The notes under the pieces were generated by a model that saw nothing but the letters and a program-made list of their open reading frames with translations, ran no database searches and was not told the DNA's origin. From Verrucomicrobiota bacterium (lineage in GTDB: Bacteria > Verrucomicrobiota > Verrucomicrobiia > Chthoniobacterales > UBA10450): a stretch of DNA of 64,000 nucleotides. The stretch is from the NCBI GenBank assembly GCA_046734045.1, contig JBKPQL010000053.1, forward strand, positions 2,903 through 66,902. Direction: 5' to 3'. Position numbers and translations under genes: made by a program. Positions within the stretch are counted from its first letter, which is position 1. Each line of letters opens with the position of its first letter. Of the stretch, positions 1 to 9,612 are shown in pieces.

Positions 1-765
1 ATCAAGAATATCGCAGGCCCGGAATTCACGTTGCGCTACAACGAATATCGCGGGGCGCAAATCAATGGTGCCGCAGCGCCCGGCTACAGCTCGAATCAGG
101 CGATGAACGCGCTGGAGGAAGTCTTCCGGCAAACAATGCCTAAAGAGATGGGCTACGACTATCTCGGCATCTCTTTTCAGGAAAAGAAGGCACAGCAAGG
201 CGTGTCGCCGACGGTCGTGTTTGGAATGTCACTCCTTTTTGTCTTCCTCATTCTCGCCGCGTTGTATGAAAGTTGGTCGCTGCCGTTCAGCGTTTTGTTA
301 GGCACCCCGGTCGCGGTGTTCGGCGCGTTCCTCACACTCTGGCTGCGCGGAATGCAAAACAACATCTACGCGCAAATCGGGTTGATCATGCTCATCGGTC
401 TCGCGGCAAAAAACGCCATCCTTATCGTCGAATTCGCCAAAGACGAATACGAGAAAGGCAAACCACTGCTCGACGCCGCACTCGAAGGCGCACGCTTGCG
501 TCTCCGGCCGATCCTGATGACATCGTTCGCATTCATCTTCGGCTGTTTACCGCTTTGGTTCGCGACCGGCTCGGGCGCTGTAGCTCGACGCGTGCTGGGC
601 TCGACAGTTATCGGTGGAATGATCGCCGCTTCGGGAATCGCAATCTTTCTGATCCCCGTAACGTTTTATTTAATCGAGCGGCTCTTCGCGGGTCGAAAAG
701 AAAAAACGCCAGCGCCGCAAATCGCTAAACCGCAGCCCGAGCCTGAGCCTGCGATAAAGGTGTAG
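1..765 (+). CDS. RND (HAE1/AcrB-type) efflux permease, C-terminal fragment; the gene begins upstream of the window
   Basis: The open frame runs from base 1. The translation has typical AcrB C-terminal TM10-12 sequence ([13 protein letters not shown]..., [34 protein letters not shown]). Confidence 0.9.
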   Translation: MKNIAGPEFTLRYNEYRGAQINGAAAPGYSSNQAMNALEEVFRQTMPKEMGYDYLGISFQEKKAQQGVSPTVVFGMSLLFVFLILAALYESWSLPFSVLLGTPVAVFGAFLTLWLRGMQNNIYAQIGLIMLIGLAAKNAILIVEFAKDEYEKGKPLLDAALEGARLRLRPILMTSFAFIFGCLPLWFATGSGAVARRVLGSTVIGGMIAASGIAIFLIPVTFYLIERLFAGRKEKTPAPQIAKPQPEPEPAIKV

Positions 766-783
766 GACAAGTGAATAAAGCGC

Positions 784-808
784 CTGTAGCCACGGCCCTG
801 TGGGCCGT
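784..808. repeat. REP-like hairpin element, family F3 (CTGTAGC + 7-nt arm + 4-nt loop + 7-nt arm)
   Basis: Sequence ctgtagccacggccctgtgggccgt. Related copies are at 24932-24956 (inverted, inside a CDS) and 60468-60492. Confidence 0.4.
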
Positions 809-914
809 CTTACTGTCGCGAAACCGTAACGAAAAGCGGAAACCGGCCGCAGGCCGGTGGCCGCAACGGTCGTGAAACTGTTTCATGTTTACAGCGCGGG
901 TGAGTCTGTTATTG

Positions 915-1100
915 CTATTTCGCTTTCTTCGCTGTGCCGACCTCTTGATTCCCATCGGCAATGCCACCAGCAACAACAACTGTCTGATCTGGCGGATACG
1001 CCTTCGGCGGGCAAGGTGATTTGAACACCGCGAATGCGTTTGACGCAACGAACAGCAACCAGAGCACGAGCGCGATAACGGCTGGTTTATTTGCTTTCAT
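915..1100 (-). CDS. small hypothetical exported protein
   Basis: The ORF has an N-terminal hydrophobic signal-like segment (MKANKPAVIALVLWLLFVASNAFA). No family was recognised. Confidence 0.25.
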   Translation of the reverse strand: MKANKPAVIALVLWLLFVASNAFAVFKSPCPPKAYPPDQTVVVAGGIADGNQEVGTAKKAK

Positions 1101-1546
1101 ACCCAAACGCTATCGACTCTACTTTTCCATTGCCACGGCGCGTACGTTGGATTTTACCGTGCCACATAGGAAAGGATTCTCATTCCCTCTTTTGGTCGAT
1201 GCCGAGCAGATAGCGGCTCTGATCTTTAACTCGAACGAGGGATTACAGACGACCTCGCGAGAGGTACTGGAGAATCTCGCGAACGCGAAATAGCGGTGCG
1301 CTCTCGGGCGCGCTTACCTTGGACCATGAAAATAAGTGAGTCTCTAAGACCATTCCCGCTCCGGACGTTGATGGTTTGTTTCACGATCTGGCTTATCGCC
1401 ACCGAGGTCCTCGTCTTCGATCAGGTCAGATTTAACGCCCGGGCCGAGCTGCTCGAGCAAGCTGCGCGGGCGCTTCGCGGACCAGAGGTTGCCGTCCCAA
1501 GCGAGCGGCCAGCCCATCTGCCGAGCAACGGAACAATGCAGAACCT

Positions 1547-1836
1547 GTGAAAATAACACGCCGCAGCGAATGGCGATCAGTCGCAGGAGATTTAGAAACA
1601 TCATCACGCGCTGCGAAGAACGCAGTTGCCGGATTGGTTTTCCCTAAAGTCCTAACCAGTCCGTTGCAACGGGCAACTCGAACCTTGAGCTGGCCAGCTT
1701 CGGTGACGTATCCGAAATTGATTGCGATCTGGTTAAACGGAACTACGGGGATTACGAAGATTTCGCAGGCGCGGAGATTGACGCGAAGCAACCCGGCTGG
1801 AAATTGTTTCGTGACGGTTGCTCAATGGAGCAATAA
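1547..1836 (+). pseudogene. histidine phosphatase (phosphoglycerate-mutase family) remnant, frameshifted and 3'-truncated
   Basis: One frame reads ...VLTSPLQRATRT. After a shift near 1680 a second frame reads LELASFGDVSEIDCDLVKRNYGDYEDFAGAEIDAKQPGWKLFRDGC. Both match conserved blocks of the family, and the second half of the domain is absent. Confidence 0.5.
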
Positions 1837-1851
1837 TAGTTTCAGTCTCGC

Positions 1852-2148
1852 ATGAAAACTCTCACTGTTATTGCCCGCGTCGTTCTTGGACTGATCTTCG
1901 TCGTCTTCGGCTCGAACTTCTTTTTAAATTTCATTCCTATGCCGCCGCCACCGCCAGGTTTGGCTGGGGATTATTTCAAGGTCTTCGCCGCCAGTGGTTA
2001 TATGTACGTCGTTGGCACCGTGCAACTGCTGAGTGGACTACTATTGTTGATCGGCCGTTTCGTACCGCTTGCCGTGACGATTCTCGCCGGGATGATCTTC
2101 AACATCTTGGTGTTTCACATTTTGATGAATCCGGAAGGTCTTCCGTGA
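1852..2148 (+). CDS. DoxX-family membrane protein
   Basis: The 98-aa product has three TM segments and a DoxX-like pattern (VVLGLIFVVFGSNFFLNF..., LLSGLLLLIGRFVPLA). Confidence 0.8.
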   Translation: MKTLTVIARVVLGLIFVVFGSNFFLNFIPMPPPPPGLAGDYFKVFAASGYMYVVGTVQLLSGLLLLIGRFVPLAVTILAGMIFNILVFHILMNPEGLP

Positions 2149-2609
2149 GCGCACAACAGAACAACAAAGCACCGGACGTTCTCGTGCGCGGCAATGCGCG
2201 CAGCTTCAGACAAGAGATCGTTGCGGATAATCATAGTCTCGTCGCAGATGAACCTGCGAGCGCAGGCGGCGGCGATGCTGGGCCCGATCCTTACGATTAT
2301 TTGCTCGCGGCGCTGGGCGTTTGTACGTCCATGACAGTCGGCTTGTACGCGCGCCGGAAACAGTTCCCTCTCGAGAACATCACGGTTTCGCTCTGGCACT
2401 CGCGTATTTATGCACAGGATTGCGAGGAATGTGAAACGAAGGAGGGCATGCTCGACAGGATCGACGTTGAAGTCGAACTGACCGGCCTATTGAGCGCAGA
2501 ACAACACGACAAACTGATGGAGATTGCCGCAAAATGTCCCGTACATCGCACGCTCACGTCCGAGATAAACATCAGGCTGCGAGCCGCTCAGAAATCATCG
2601 TCCTCGTAA
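2145..2609 (+). CDS. OsmC/Ohr-family peroxiredoxin-like protein
   Basis: A GTG start overlaps the DoxX stop (GTGA). OsmC signatures are present: GPDPYDYLLAALGVCTSMT and AAKCPVHRTL. The long upstream extension of the ORF (from 1818) overlaps DoxX and was rejected. Confidence 0.85.
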   Translation: MSAQQNNKAPDVLVRGNARSFRQEIVADNHSLVADEPASAGGGDAGPDPYDYLLAALGVCTSMTVGLYARRKQFPLENITVSLWHSRIYAQDCEECETKEGMLDRIDVEVELTGLLSAEQHDKLMEIAAKCPVHRTLTSEINIRLRAAQKSSSS

Positions 2610-2665
2610 GCGTTGCGTCTTTGAAAAACGCGCACATCCGGCATGACGCGAAGAAAACAACGTCA

Positions 2666-2986
2666 TTGCAACTCGCATGGGAGGCGCCAGCTGATGAGCC
2701 CAAAGAAAAGAAATCACGGAAAAACGCCGGGCGCGCGAAGAGCCGCCGCTGGTCGGCTGAAGTAACAAAGCACAGCGACGCACTCGATCTCCAGTCGCAC
2801 CGCATTGCGCTGTCGTTGAAACGTTCTGCCGAGCGGAGCAAAAGACGCAAAGGCACGCCATATCAATCCGCGATGTCGATGTTGAATTTTTACATCAACC
2901 GCGCTGGCAAAAACCTTCCGCAAAAACAAAAACGAGTTCTTGAGCGCGAAAAAAATGAACTTCGCGACGTCTTCGGACGAACGTGA
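2666..2986 (+). CDS. DUF3175 domain protein (start uncertain; the ORF is open from 2534)
   Basis: The segment RRWSAEVTKHSDALDL...LKRSAERSKRRKGTPYQSAMSMLNFYINRAGKNLP matches the DUF3175 consensus as I remember it. Confidence 0.75.
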   Translation: MQLAWEAPADEPKEKKSRKNAGRAKSRRWSAEVTKHSDALDLQSHRIALSLKRSAERSKRRKGTPYQSAMSMLNFYINRAGKNLPQKQKRVLEREKNELRDVFGRT

Positions 2987-3109
2987 ATGCGTCGCCGGGG
3001 AGCGCGCGCGCCTCGCGTGCAGTGTTCGCTGCCCTCGCCGGGCACACAAATACGTGCGCAGATTAAATCTCCGCGCATCGAGAAGTCGACCATCGAAATT
3101 AAATAGCCA

Positions 3110-4057
3110 ATGAACACCAGAAAACTCGGTAACTCGGATTTGATGATCACGCCCATCGGGTTCGGTGCATGGGCTGTCGGCGGGCCATGGCAATTTGGCT
3201 GGGGCGAACAGAGTGACGACGACTCGATCGCGGCGATTCATCGGGCACTGGAGCTTGGCATCAACTGGATCGATACCGCAGCCGTTTATGGGCTTGGTCA
3301 TTCCGAGCAAGTTGTAGCCAGGGCGTTACGCGATTGGGCCGGAAAACGTCCTTATGTTTTCACAAAGTGCGGGATGGTCTGGAATGAGAAGCGCGAGGTC
3401 GGCTATTCTTTGCGCGCGGAATCCATTCGACGCGAATGCGAGGCGAGTCTGCGGCGACTGAACATGGATGTCATTGATCTTTACCAAATCCACTGGCCTG
3501 CCGATGACCTCGCCGAAACTCTGGAAGGCTGGGCAACGATGGCCGAGTTGCAGAAGGAAGGCAAAGTCCGCTGGATCGGCGTTTGCAATTTTAGTGCGCA
3601 GGAATTGGAAAAAGCCAAAGAGATCGCACCGGTCACATCGTTGCAACCGCCTTATTCACTGATTCGTCGCGACATCGAGAAAGATCTCCTCCCTTTTTGC
3701 CAACGCGAAAATATCGGTGTGATCGTATATTCGCCCATGGCGTCGGGACTGCTCACTGGCGCGATGACACGCGAGCGCGTCGCAAAGTTTCCCGCTGACG
3801 ATTGGCGCAGACAAAACCCAGAATTTCAGGAGCCGAAGTTATCGCAAAATCTTGCGTTGGTTGAACGGCTCCGCGCCATTGGCGCGCGTCACGGCAAATC
3901 GCCGGGCGAAGTCGCCATCGCCTGGACGCTGCGGAATCCCGCAGTCAAAGGCGCAATCGTTGGCGCGCGAAACGCGAAGCAGGTCGATGGCATTATCGGT
4001 GGCGCAAGTTTTCGACTGTCGCCCGATGAAATCACGGAGATCCAATCTGATGGCTGA
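3110..4057 (+). CDS. aldo/keto reductase
   Basis: Motifs seen: LGNSDLMITPIGFGAWAVGG, INWIDTAAVYGLGHSEQ, IDLYQIHWP and IGVCNF. Confidence 0.95.
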   Translation: MNTRKLGNSDLMITPIGFGAWAVGGPWQFGWGEQSDDDSIAAIHRALELGINWIDTAAVYGLGHSEQVVARALRDWAGKRPYVFTKCGMVWNEKREVGYSLRAESIRRECEASLRRLNMDVIDLYQIHWPADDLAETLEGWATMAELQKEGKVRWIGVCNFSAQELEKAKEIAPVTSLQPPYSLIRRDIEKDLLPFCQRENIGVIVYSPMASGLLTGAMTRERVAKFPADDWRRQNPEFQEPKLSQNLALVERLRAIGARHGKSPGEVAIAWTLRNPAVKGAIVGARNAKQVDGIIGGASFRLSPDEITEIQSDG

Positions 4058-4067
4058 CGGGCGTCTC

Positions 4068-4775
4068 TTAATCCCATGCCTCCGTCAGTAAGGCGCGCGT
4101 TTCTTCCACGCCTGTGCGCCAGATTTTCATCATCTCTTCGTCGTCGCGGTGATATAAGCCGCCATAGTTGCCGTCCTTGAGATACTCGCGCAACGATTTT
4201 GGATCGAGCCGGCGCAATTTCTCTACATCGGTCATCGGCTTCTGCTCCCGCGGCATCTCGACCGTTGCCAAACGCGTCCAGGGAAAATTTTCCATCCAGG
4301 ATGCATGTGAGGCGACGGGATCGATCGCCTGCACCTGTCCCCAAACTTTCGGCGCGTTCCACCAGTTGTGAAACTTGATCCGCACGCCGGGATGATCGGC
4401 CATCCATTCGCCGATGAGTCCTTGTGCAGGCGTGTTGCCGCCATGGCCATTGACGATCAGGATTCGTCTGAACCCCTGCTCCGCCAACGCGTCGAGAATG
4501 TCGCGCAGGATCGACATGTACGTTTCGACACGCAACGTGATCGTCCCCGGAAACGCGCGGAAATACGGTGTGATCCCATACGCCAGCACCGGGAACACGG
4601 GCACGCGTAATGGCTCCGCTGCTTCAACAGCGAGGCGTTCCGCCAAGATGCTGTCCACGCTCAGGCTAAGATAAGCGTGTTGTTCTGTACTACCCAGTGG
4701 CAAGACTGCGCGATCGTCGCGCTTCAGATAATCTTCCACCATCATCCAATTCATTTCGGTGATCCGCATTGCCAA
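4068..4775 (-). CDS. creatininase-family amidohydrolase
   Basis: Motifs seen: AVLPLGSTEQHA, ILIVNGHGGN and a DPVASHAS-type metal-ligand pattern. Confidence 0.9.
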   Translation of the reverse strand: MAMRITEMNWMMVEDYLKRDDRAVLPLGSTEQHAYLSLSVDSILAERLAVEAAEPLRVPVFPVLAYGITPYFRAFPGTITLRVETYMSILRDILDALAEQGFRRILIVNGHGGNTPAQGLIGEWMADHPGVRIKFHNWWNAPKVWGQVQAIDPVASHASWMENFPWTRLATVEMPREQKPMTDVEKLRRLDPKSLREYLKDGNYGGLYHRDDEEMMKIWRTGVEETRALLTEAWD

Positions 4776-5083
4776 AGTTGATCCACAGATTTGAGAAGTT
4801 CACGCAGATTTGTATGACAAAGCGTTCCACCACGCGATTGGATGTTGTATTCCGCGCGCCAACGCGGGATGGACGATCGCGCTTGATCGCTTTTTCGAAG
4901 TCACGGTTGGAATCCTCGTTGCTTTGGCACTCGCCGCCGTCTGGCCGAAGGATCAACCCGACACCGCAAAAAAAGCGGCGAGTAGGCGCGCTGTTGTGGC
5001 GGGCGTGTCGCCCGCGGTTCCCGGATTTTGCAGCCAACACGGCTGCCTCTACAGGCTCAGTCACGCAGCCGACGAGATTTGTT

Positions 5084-6013
5084 TCAGCCGACGCGCACAA
5101 CGCGCGAGTCGTCAGGCCCGCGTGAAGCGAATTCGGGAAATTCTCCTGGATGGAGGATTCCAGCGAGAATCTCGAGGCTATCGACAATACGCGGCCCTGG
5201 GCGCGCAAAGTACGCGCTCGCGTCCACCAAATAAATTTCACCGCGGCGCGCCGCAGGAAATAAATTGAAATCGGAAAAGCCCCGAAGAATTTCGTAGTCG
5301 CGCCGCGCGCGATCAATGTCGTAGCCGCAAAGTGCAAGCACGATTACGTCAGGCTGCGTATCCAGTACTTTTTGCCACTCGATTTGCACGGAAGGTTGAT
5401 GTTTGCGGCCTAACGGATCGTATCCACCAGCGATCTCGACAAGTTCCGGTCCCCAATGACCGGAACAGAACGGCGGGTCCACCCATTCCATCAGGAAACA
5501 ACGCGGCCGATGCGCAATGCGATTTGCACGGCGCTGCACTGCTTTGGTTCGATCCGATAATTGGGCGATGACTTCGTGCGCACGATCGGGCACACCGCAC
5601 ACTTCGGCGACATGTCGAACATCATTGAAGATATCCGACAAGCTCGATGGCTCGAGGTTCACCACCGTTGGCGACCCAAGCAAAGTTTCGGCAAGCCGTG
5701 CGACAGTGCCGTAACCGACTGCGCATACGTCGCACAACTTCTGGGTCAGGATGACATCAGGCTGCAGCTTGCGCAGTAGAGGCTCGTCGATGCTATAAAT
5801 CGTGCCGTTTTCATCCAATGCGCGGCGCACCCATTCATCCACTTCACGACTCGTTAGGGTAGCATTATGCACCGGACAATGCGTCACACGCGGCCGCGCA
5901 TTTGCTTCATCTGGAAAATCGCACTCGTGCGAAACGCCTACCACCTGATCCATCAAGCCAAGGGCGTCTGCGATCTCAGTCCCAGCAGGCAAGAGCGAAA
6001 CGATTCGTCTCAC
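5084..6013 (-). CDS. cobalamin-binding protein / BtuF-like ABC substrate-binding-fold protein (no signal peptide)
   Basis: Motifs seen: RIVSLLPAGTEIADALGL...VVGVSHECDFP and LQPDVILTQKLCDVCA, as in annotated cobalamin-binding proteins. Confidence 0.8.
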   Translation of the reverse strand: MRRIVSLLPAGTEIADALGLMDQVVGVSHECDFPDEANARPRVTHCPVHNATLTSREVDEWVRRALDENGTIYSIDEPLLRKLQPDVILTQKLCDVCAVGYGTVARLAETLLGSPTVVNLEPSSLSDIFNDVRHVAEVCGVPDRAHEVIAQLSDRTKAVQRRANRIAHRPRCFLMEWVDPPFCSGHWGPELVEIAGGYDPLGRKHQPSVQIEWQKVLDTQPDVIVLALCGYDIDRARRDYEILRGFSDFNLFPAARRGEIYLVDASAYFARPGPRIVDSLEILAGILHPGEFPEFASRGPDDSRVVRVG

Positions 6014-6179
6014 GACCTAATCAACGGATCCGTCACCAAAAATGCAATAGCGTAGCAAGCAAAGATGGACAGCCTGCTCGCCGCCTTGAATGCCGTTAGT
6101 ACCAAGGGCGCAAACGCCAGCAGCGAAACGCTACGATATTAACGACTATCATCGGGCTTACGATCGAAAGACGCTCACG

Positions 6180-6310
6180 TTCCAACGAAGCGTAAGCCGG
6201 TCTCCGAAATTCACGATGTCGGTGTAACGAGTCGCGTTGCCGCGGTCAACGCTTCTTCCAATAACGCCCTTTAGGACTGCTACTGGCACCCGAAGTCCGC
6301 GAAGATCCCT
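6180..6310 (-). promoter_or_regulatory. candidate cobalamin (B12) riboswitch in the leader of the BtuF-like gene
   Basis: The minus-strand RNA reads GGUGCC...AAAGGGCGUUAUUGGAAGAAGCGUUGACCGCGGCAACGCGA...UUUCGGAGACCGGCU. This loosely parallels AAGGGAA..GGUG.GAA.CC..GC.G.CCCGCCACUG ... AGCC.GGAGACCUGCC of RF00174. The match is by eye only. Confidence 0.3.
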
Positions 6311-6387
6311 CGCCGAATTTGCTTTGTTTAAAGCTGCGTTTGTATAAGCGTTACCAGGTGAGTTTCATCCGCACAGGTTTTCGCGAG

Positions 6388-8235
6388 ATGGCGCTAAAGA
6401 TTAAACGCCAACGCACACGCATGGTGCTGCGTCACCAGCGACGCCTTCTCCAGAAAAGTGAGATTAATCTAGGCCGCGAAGGCACCGCTCAAGCGGCAAA
6501 CTTCCCGGAGCTGCGGAACGAAATCGTCGCTCTTAAAAAACTGGAGCAGGAACAAAAGGAACTGGCCCTTCGCATCGCGCAACTCGAGGAGGGGATCAAA
6601 AGAATCGAAGCGGAACGGCAACAAAACACCGACGATCAAAATTCGGCCATCGCCAAACTGGAATCCGAGAAAAAACCGCTCCTTCAACAGCGCAATCAAG
6701 CCAAAACTACTGCTGACGTTTGCGAGCGCGAACTAGCGGCTGTGCAACGCCGGATTCAGGAGAATGAAGCCGCCGACCGTGATCTGTTGAAACAACTCTC
6801 CGATTTACACGCACTCGATCTTGCGCCTCAGGATCTCCAAGCGCGGTCTGCCACCATCAACGCGCACCGCGCGCGTCTCCCGGAAGAACGCGCTGAACTT
6901 ATCCGGGCGCGCCTTGGCAGCGCAGACGCCGCGCGCCTGGCCAAGGAAAAATTGGTCGCGGCAGAATCGGAACTTACGGTCGTGGAAAAGAAAATCGAGC
7001 GAGTCCGGAGTGAATATGAAGCGCGCGATCGAAAGATGAACGAGAACATTCGCGTCCAAGAGGAGGCAGTACGAGACGCGCGCACTCGTCATCACAAGGT
7101 AGAAGAACGAAAGACCCCCGCATATTTGAACATCGGCCGCCACCTCGCCGCCCAGGGCATCGCGCCCCCTAACGCGCCACACCTGCTTACCGAGGCGCAT
7201 CGTCACCGCGACGCCGTAGATCAACTTTTGCAACATCGGGCGGAGCTGATGATGCTCTCGAACCAGATCGATAAGCAGGAGTTGCGAAAGTTCTACTTCA
7301 GCATTGTTTCGGCTCTGGCCTTGCTGGCGATAATTTTGCCAGTTGCTGTCAAATCCCCGCGCAAGCGCGAGTGGCTGCCGCAAGAGACCGACATGATTTT
7401 GTCGATCAACATCGAGCAATTCGAACGCGCTGATATGCTAAAACGCTGGCGCAAAGACCAACCAGAAATCTGGCCGAAAGTCTGGCTGGGATTGATTGGT
7501 GCTGCGGCTTCCACACCTGGTTTATCCTTGCCTCGTGACGCGGTGCACATCACTCGCGCAGTCAGCACTGATGAGCCGGCGGCACCTCGGGAATTCATTT
7601 TGATGGAGGCCCGGCGCGATGTCTCCGGCGCAATCCGCGCGATCGGAACCGATCCGGCTTTCCAAAGGCGCGCCATTAGTGGTTTGTCGGTTTGGGAACG
7701 ATCTTCGGACTTTGCCATGGCCCGCGTAGGACCGGCAACGCTCGCCATCGGCACTCCCGGGGCAGTAGATGAACTCGTTCTCGTCCGGCTTGGGATGAAG
7801 CCCGACCTGAAAATCACCGATCAATTTTTCAACCGGTTTCAGGCACTTGATCGCGAGAGCGCTCTCCGGCTGATTTCCCGAAATCCGCCTGATCTCTCTC
7901 GCGTTTTTCATCCAATCTTCCCTCCCGAACTGCTGAACGTCTCGCAATTACTCGGTCTTGCCGTGACCCTGCAAAATCCAGTAAAAGCCAAATTGCTCCT
8001 GAAAATGAATTCACCCAAAGATGCAGCAGAGCTGGCCCAGAAGTTACACGATGAGCCACAGCGCTGGCTGCGATTAGCGGATTCCGGATTGTTCCTTTCC
8101 TCGCAACCACCGGAAATTCACAAACAAGGCGGCTCGAACCTGGAACTGCGCTTCAGTATCCCCGAGAACAGCGCTCGCCTCCTTTTGGAACGTATCGCCA
8201 AAACCGATGCGGGCACAGCGCTCACGGCTCATTGA
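6388..8235 (+). CDS. hypothetical coiled-coil membrane protein
   Basis: A long ORF, open from 6319. The N-terminal about 270 aa are heptad-like and E/K/R/Q-rich. There is one TM helix (FYFSIVSALALLAIILPVAV), then an about 290-aa domain of unknown family. Confidence 0.7.
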   Translation: MALKIKRQRTRMVLRHQRRLLQKSEINLGREGTAQAANFPELRNEIVALKKLEQEQKELALRIAQLEEGIKRIEAERQQNTDDQNSAIAKLESEKKPLLQQRNQAKTTADVCERELAAVQRRIQENEAADRDLLKQLSDLHALDLAPQDLQARSATINAHRARLPEERAELIRARLGSADAARLAKEKLVAAESELTVVEKKIERVRSEYEARDRKMNENIRVQEEAVRDARTRHHKVEERKTPAYLNIGRHLAAQGIAPPNAPHLLTEAHRHRDAVDQLLQHRAELMMLSNQIDKQELRKFYFSIVSALALLAIILPVAVKSPRKREWLPQETDMILSINIEQFERADMLKRWRKDQPEIWPKVWLGLIGAAASTPGLSLPRDAVHITRAVSTDEPAAPREFILMEARRDVSGAIRAIGTDPAFQRRAISGLSVWERSSDFAMARVGPATLAIGTPGAVDELVLVRLGMKPDLKITDQFFNRFQALDRESALRLISRNPPDLSRVFHPIFPPELLNVSQLLGLAVTLQNPVKAKLLLKMNSPKDAAELAQKLHDEPQRWLRLADSGLFLSSQPPEIHKQGGSNLELRFSIPENSARLLLERIAKTDAGTALTAH

Positions 8236-8324
8236 TCACCCATCTGTCTGCTAAGTTAACGAAACCTAGAATCAACATGCCGACCCTTTTCCCGAAATTT
8301 AAGCTTCGTTCACACCGCCGATCC

Positions 8325-8978
8325 ATGAGCCGTGTGCTGCTTCTCCTAGCGATGTGTGTTGCTGTGCAATCGCACGCGGCAGAGGAAGCGAAATCCAATT
8401 TCGTCGATATCAAATCGGTTGATCCTTCAATTGTGATTGAGCTCCGATACGAAGGAACGCACAATCCCCTGCATCGTCGGTTATATCCGCCTTCCATGCG
8501 TGCGCTTGTCCAGCCGAGCGTCGCGAAACAGTTAGTCGGCGCTCAGAATTTCCTCCGTCATTACAAGTACGGGCTGAAAATTTGGGATGCGTATCGGCCG
8601 AAATCCGTGCAGCGGCAACTCTGGGAGTTCGTGCATGACCAGTCGTACGTTACCAACCCTGAGGATGGAGTCGGGTCGCTGCATACATGGGGCGTTGCGG
8701 TTGATGCGACGCTGGTAGATGCCCGTGGTCAATCAGTACTGATGCCTAGCGATTTTGACGAGTTCACCCCGGCGGCAATGCTTCATTATCACGGAATGGA
8801 CTCGTTGATCGGATCGCATTTGAGGCTTTTGCAAACGGCGATGGGGCGCAACAGGTTCTATGGGTTGCACACTGAATGGTGGCATTTCATCAGTTATGAT
8901 TGGAAAAATTATGTCCCATCGCGCGAGGCACAGATGACAGAACAAGCGTCAAAGACAGAGCCCAGCGGCAAGTTATGA
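8325..8978 (+). CDS. D-alanyl-D-alanine dipeptidase (VanX/DdpX, peptidase M15D), exported
   Basis: Signal peptide MSRVLLLLAMCVAVQSHA. Zn-site motifs SLHTWGVAVD (HxxGxAxD) and EWWHF (ExxH). Alternative starts lie at 8232 and 8277. Confidence 0.85.
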   Translation: MSRVLLLLAMCVAVQSHAAEEAKSNFVDIKSVDPSIVIELRYEGTHNPLHRRLYPPSMRALVQPSVAKQLVGAQNFLRHYKYGLKIWDAYRPKSVQRQLWEFVHDQSYVTNPEDGVGSLHTWGVAVDATLVDARGQSVLMPSDFDEFTPAAMLHYHGMDSLIGSHLRLLQTAMGRNRFYGLHTEWWHFISYDWKNYVPSREAQMTEQASKTEPSGKL

Positions 8979-9054
8979 TCGATCGGCTCCGCTCCAAGTC
9001 GGCAGCCGACTGGAACAATCGGCTGGATCGGCCAGCTACTTCTGTTCGCGTCCC

Positions 9055-9612
9055 GTGGTAATCGCTGCGTTGGTGCTGAAGGAGCTGTCCGCCTTTCGGG
9101 GATGGGGTGATGCCCTGCTCCGCGATTTGCGCCAGCCAGAATACATCCATGTTTTGCTCAATCCGTTGCCTGTCTATGGCCTGCTTCTCGCTTGGATTGG
9201 ACTAATCATCGCCTTCATTTTAAAGAGTCGCCGCGCTCAGCTGGCTGCCTTAGTGCTCGTCCTCATCAGCTCCGTCTCGGCGTGGCCAGTCTATGAATTT
9301 GGCCAGCAAGCGTACGATCGTGTCCTATCGATGGCGGATGAAGATGGACAACGGTGGCTGGATGAGCACAAAGATCGCGCCGAGGATCTCATCTGGATTT
9401 TCTACGCTCTCGCGGTTTTGAGCGCGATTGCTATCGCAGCGCCAGTGAAATGGCCAAAATCGTCAGCGCCGCTCGCGCTCGCAGTGATCTTGGTCGGAGC
9501 AGCGACCTTGGGAACCGGCGGCTACATCGCCTACGCCGGCGGCAGAATTCGGCACCGCGAATTTCGCAATGAACCAGCGCCGGCTAAAAGGACACACGAG
9601 GACGAACATTGA
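9055..9612 (+). CDS. hypothetical integral membrane protein
   Basis: Four or five hydrophobic helices. No family was recognised. Confidence 0.6.
   Translation: MVIAALVLKELSAFRGWGDALLRDLRQPEYIHVLLNPLPVYGLLLAWIGLIIAFILKSRRAQLAALVLVLISSVSAWPVYEFGQQAYDRVLSMADEDGQRWLDEHKDRAEDLIWIFYALAVLSAIAIAAPVKWPKSSAPLALAVILVGAATLGTGGYIAYAGGRIRHREFRNEPAPAKRTHEDEH

Noticed and set aside
1296-1550. An 84-aa ORF with one hydrophobic segment (MKISESLRPFPLRTLMVCFTIWLIATEVLVF).
   Set aside because: There is no recognisable family or ribosome-binding site. It lies in a decaying region and competes with antisense ORFs, so the support is insufficient.
1818-2144. The upstream part of the 263-aa ORF containing the OsmC domain.
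   Set aside because: It overlaps the DoxX gene in another frame. OsmC homology starts near the GTG at 2145.
4776-5083. The plus-strand ORF 4810-5268, whose segment AGWTIALDRFFEVTVGILVALALAAVWP faintly resembles the C-terminus of FUSC-type exporters.
   Set aside because: The similarity is too short and too weak to call even a pseudogene, and the ORF overlaps the 3' end of the BtuF-like gene. I left the region as intergenic.
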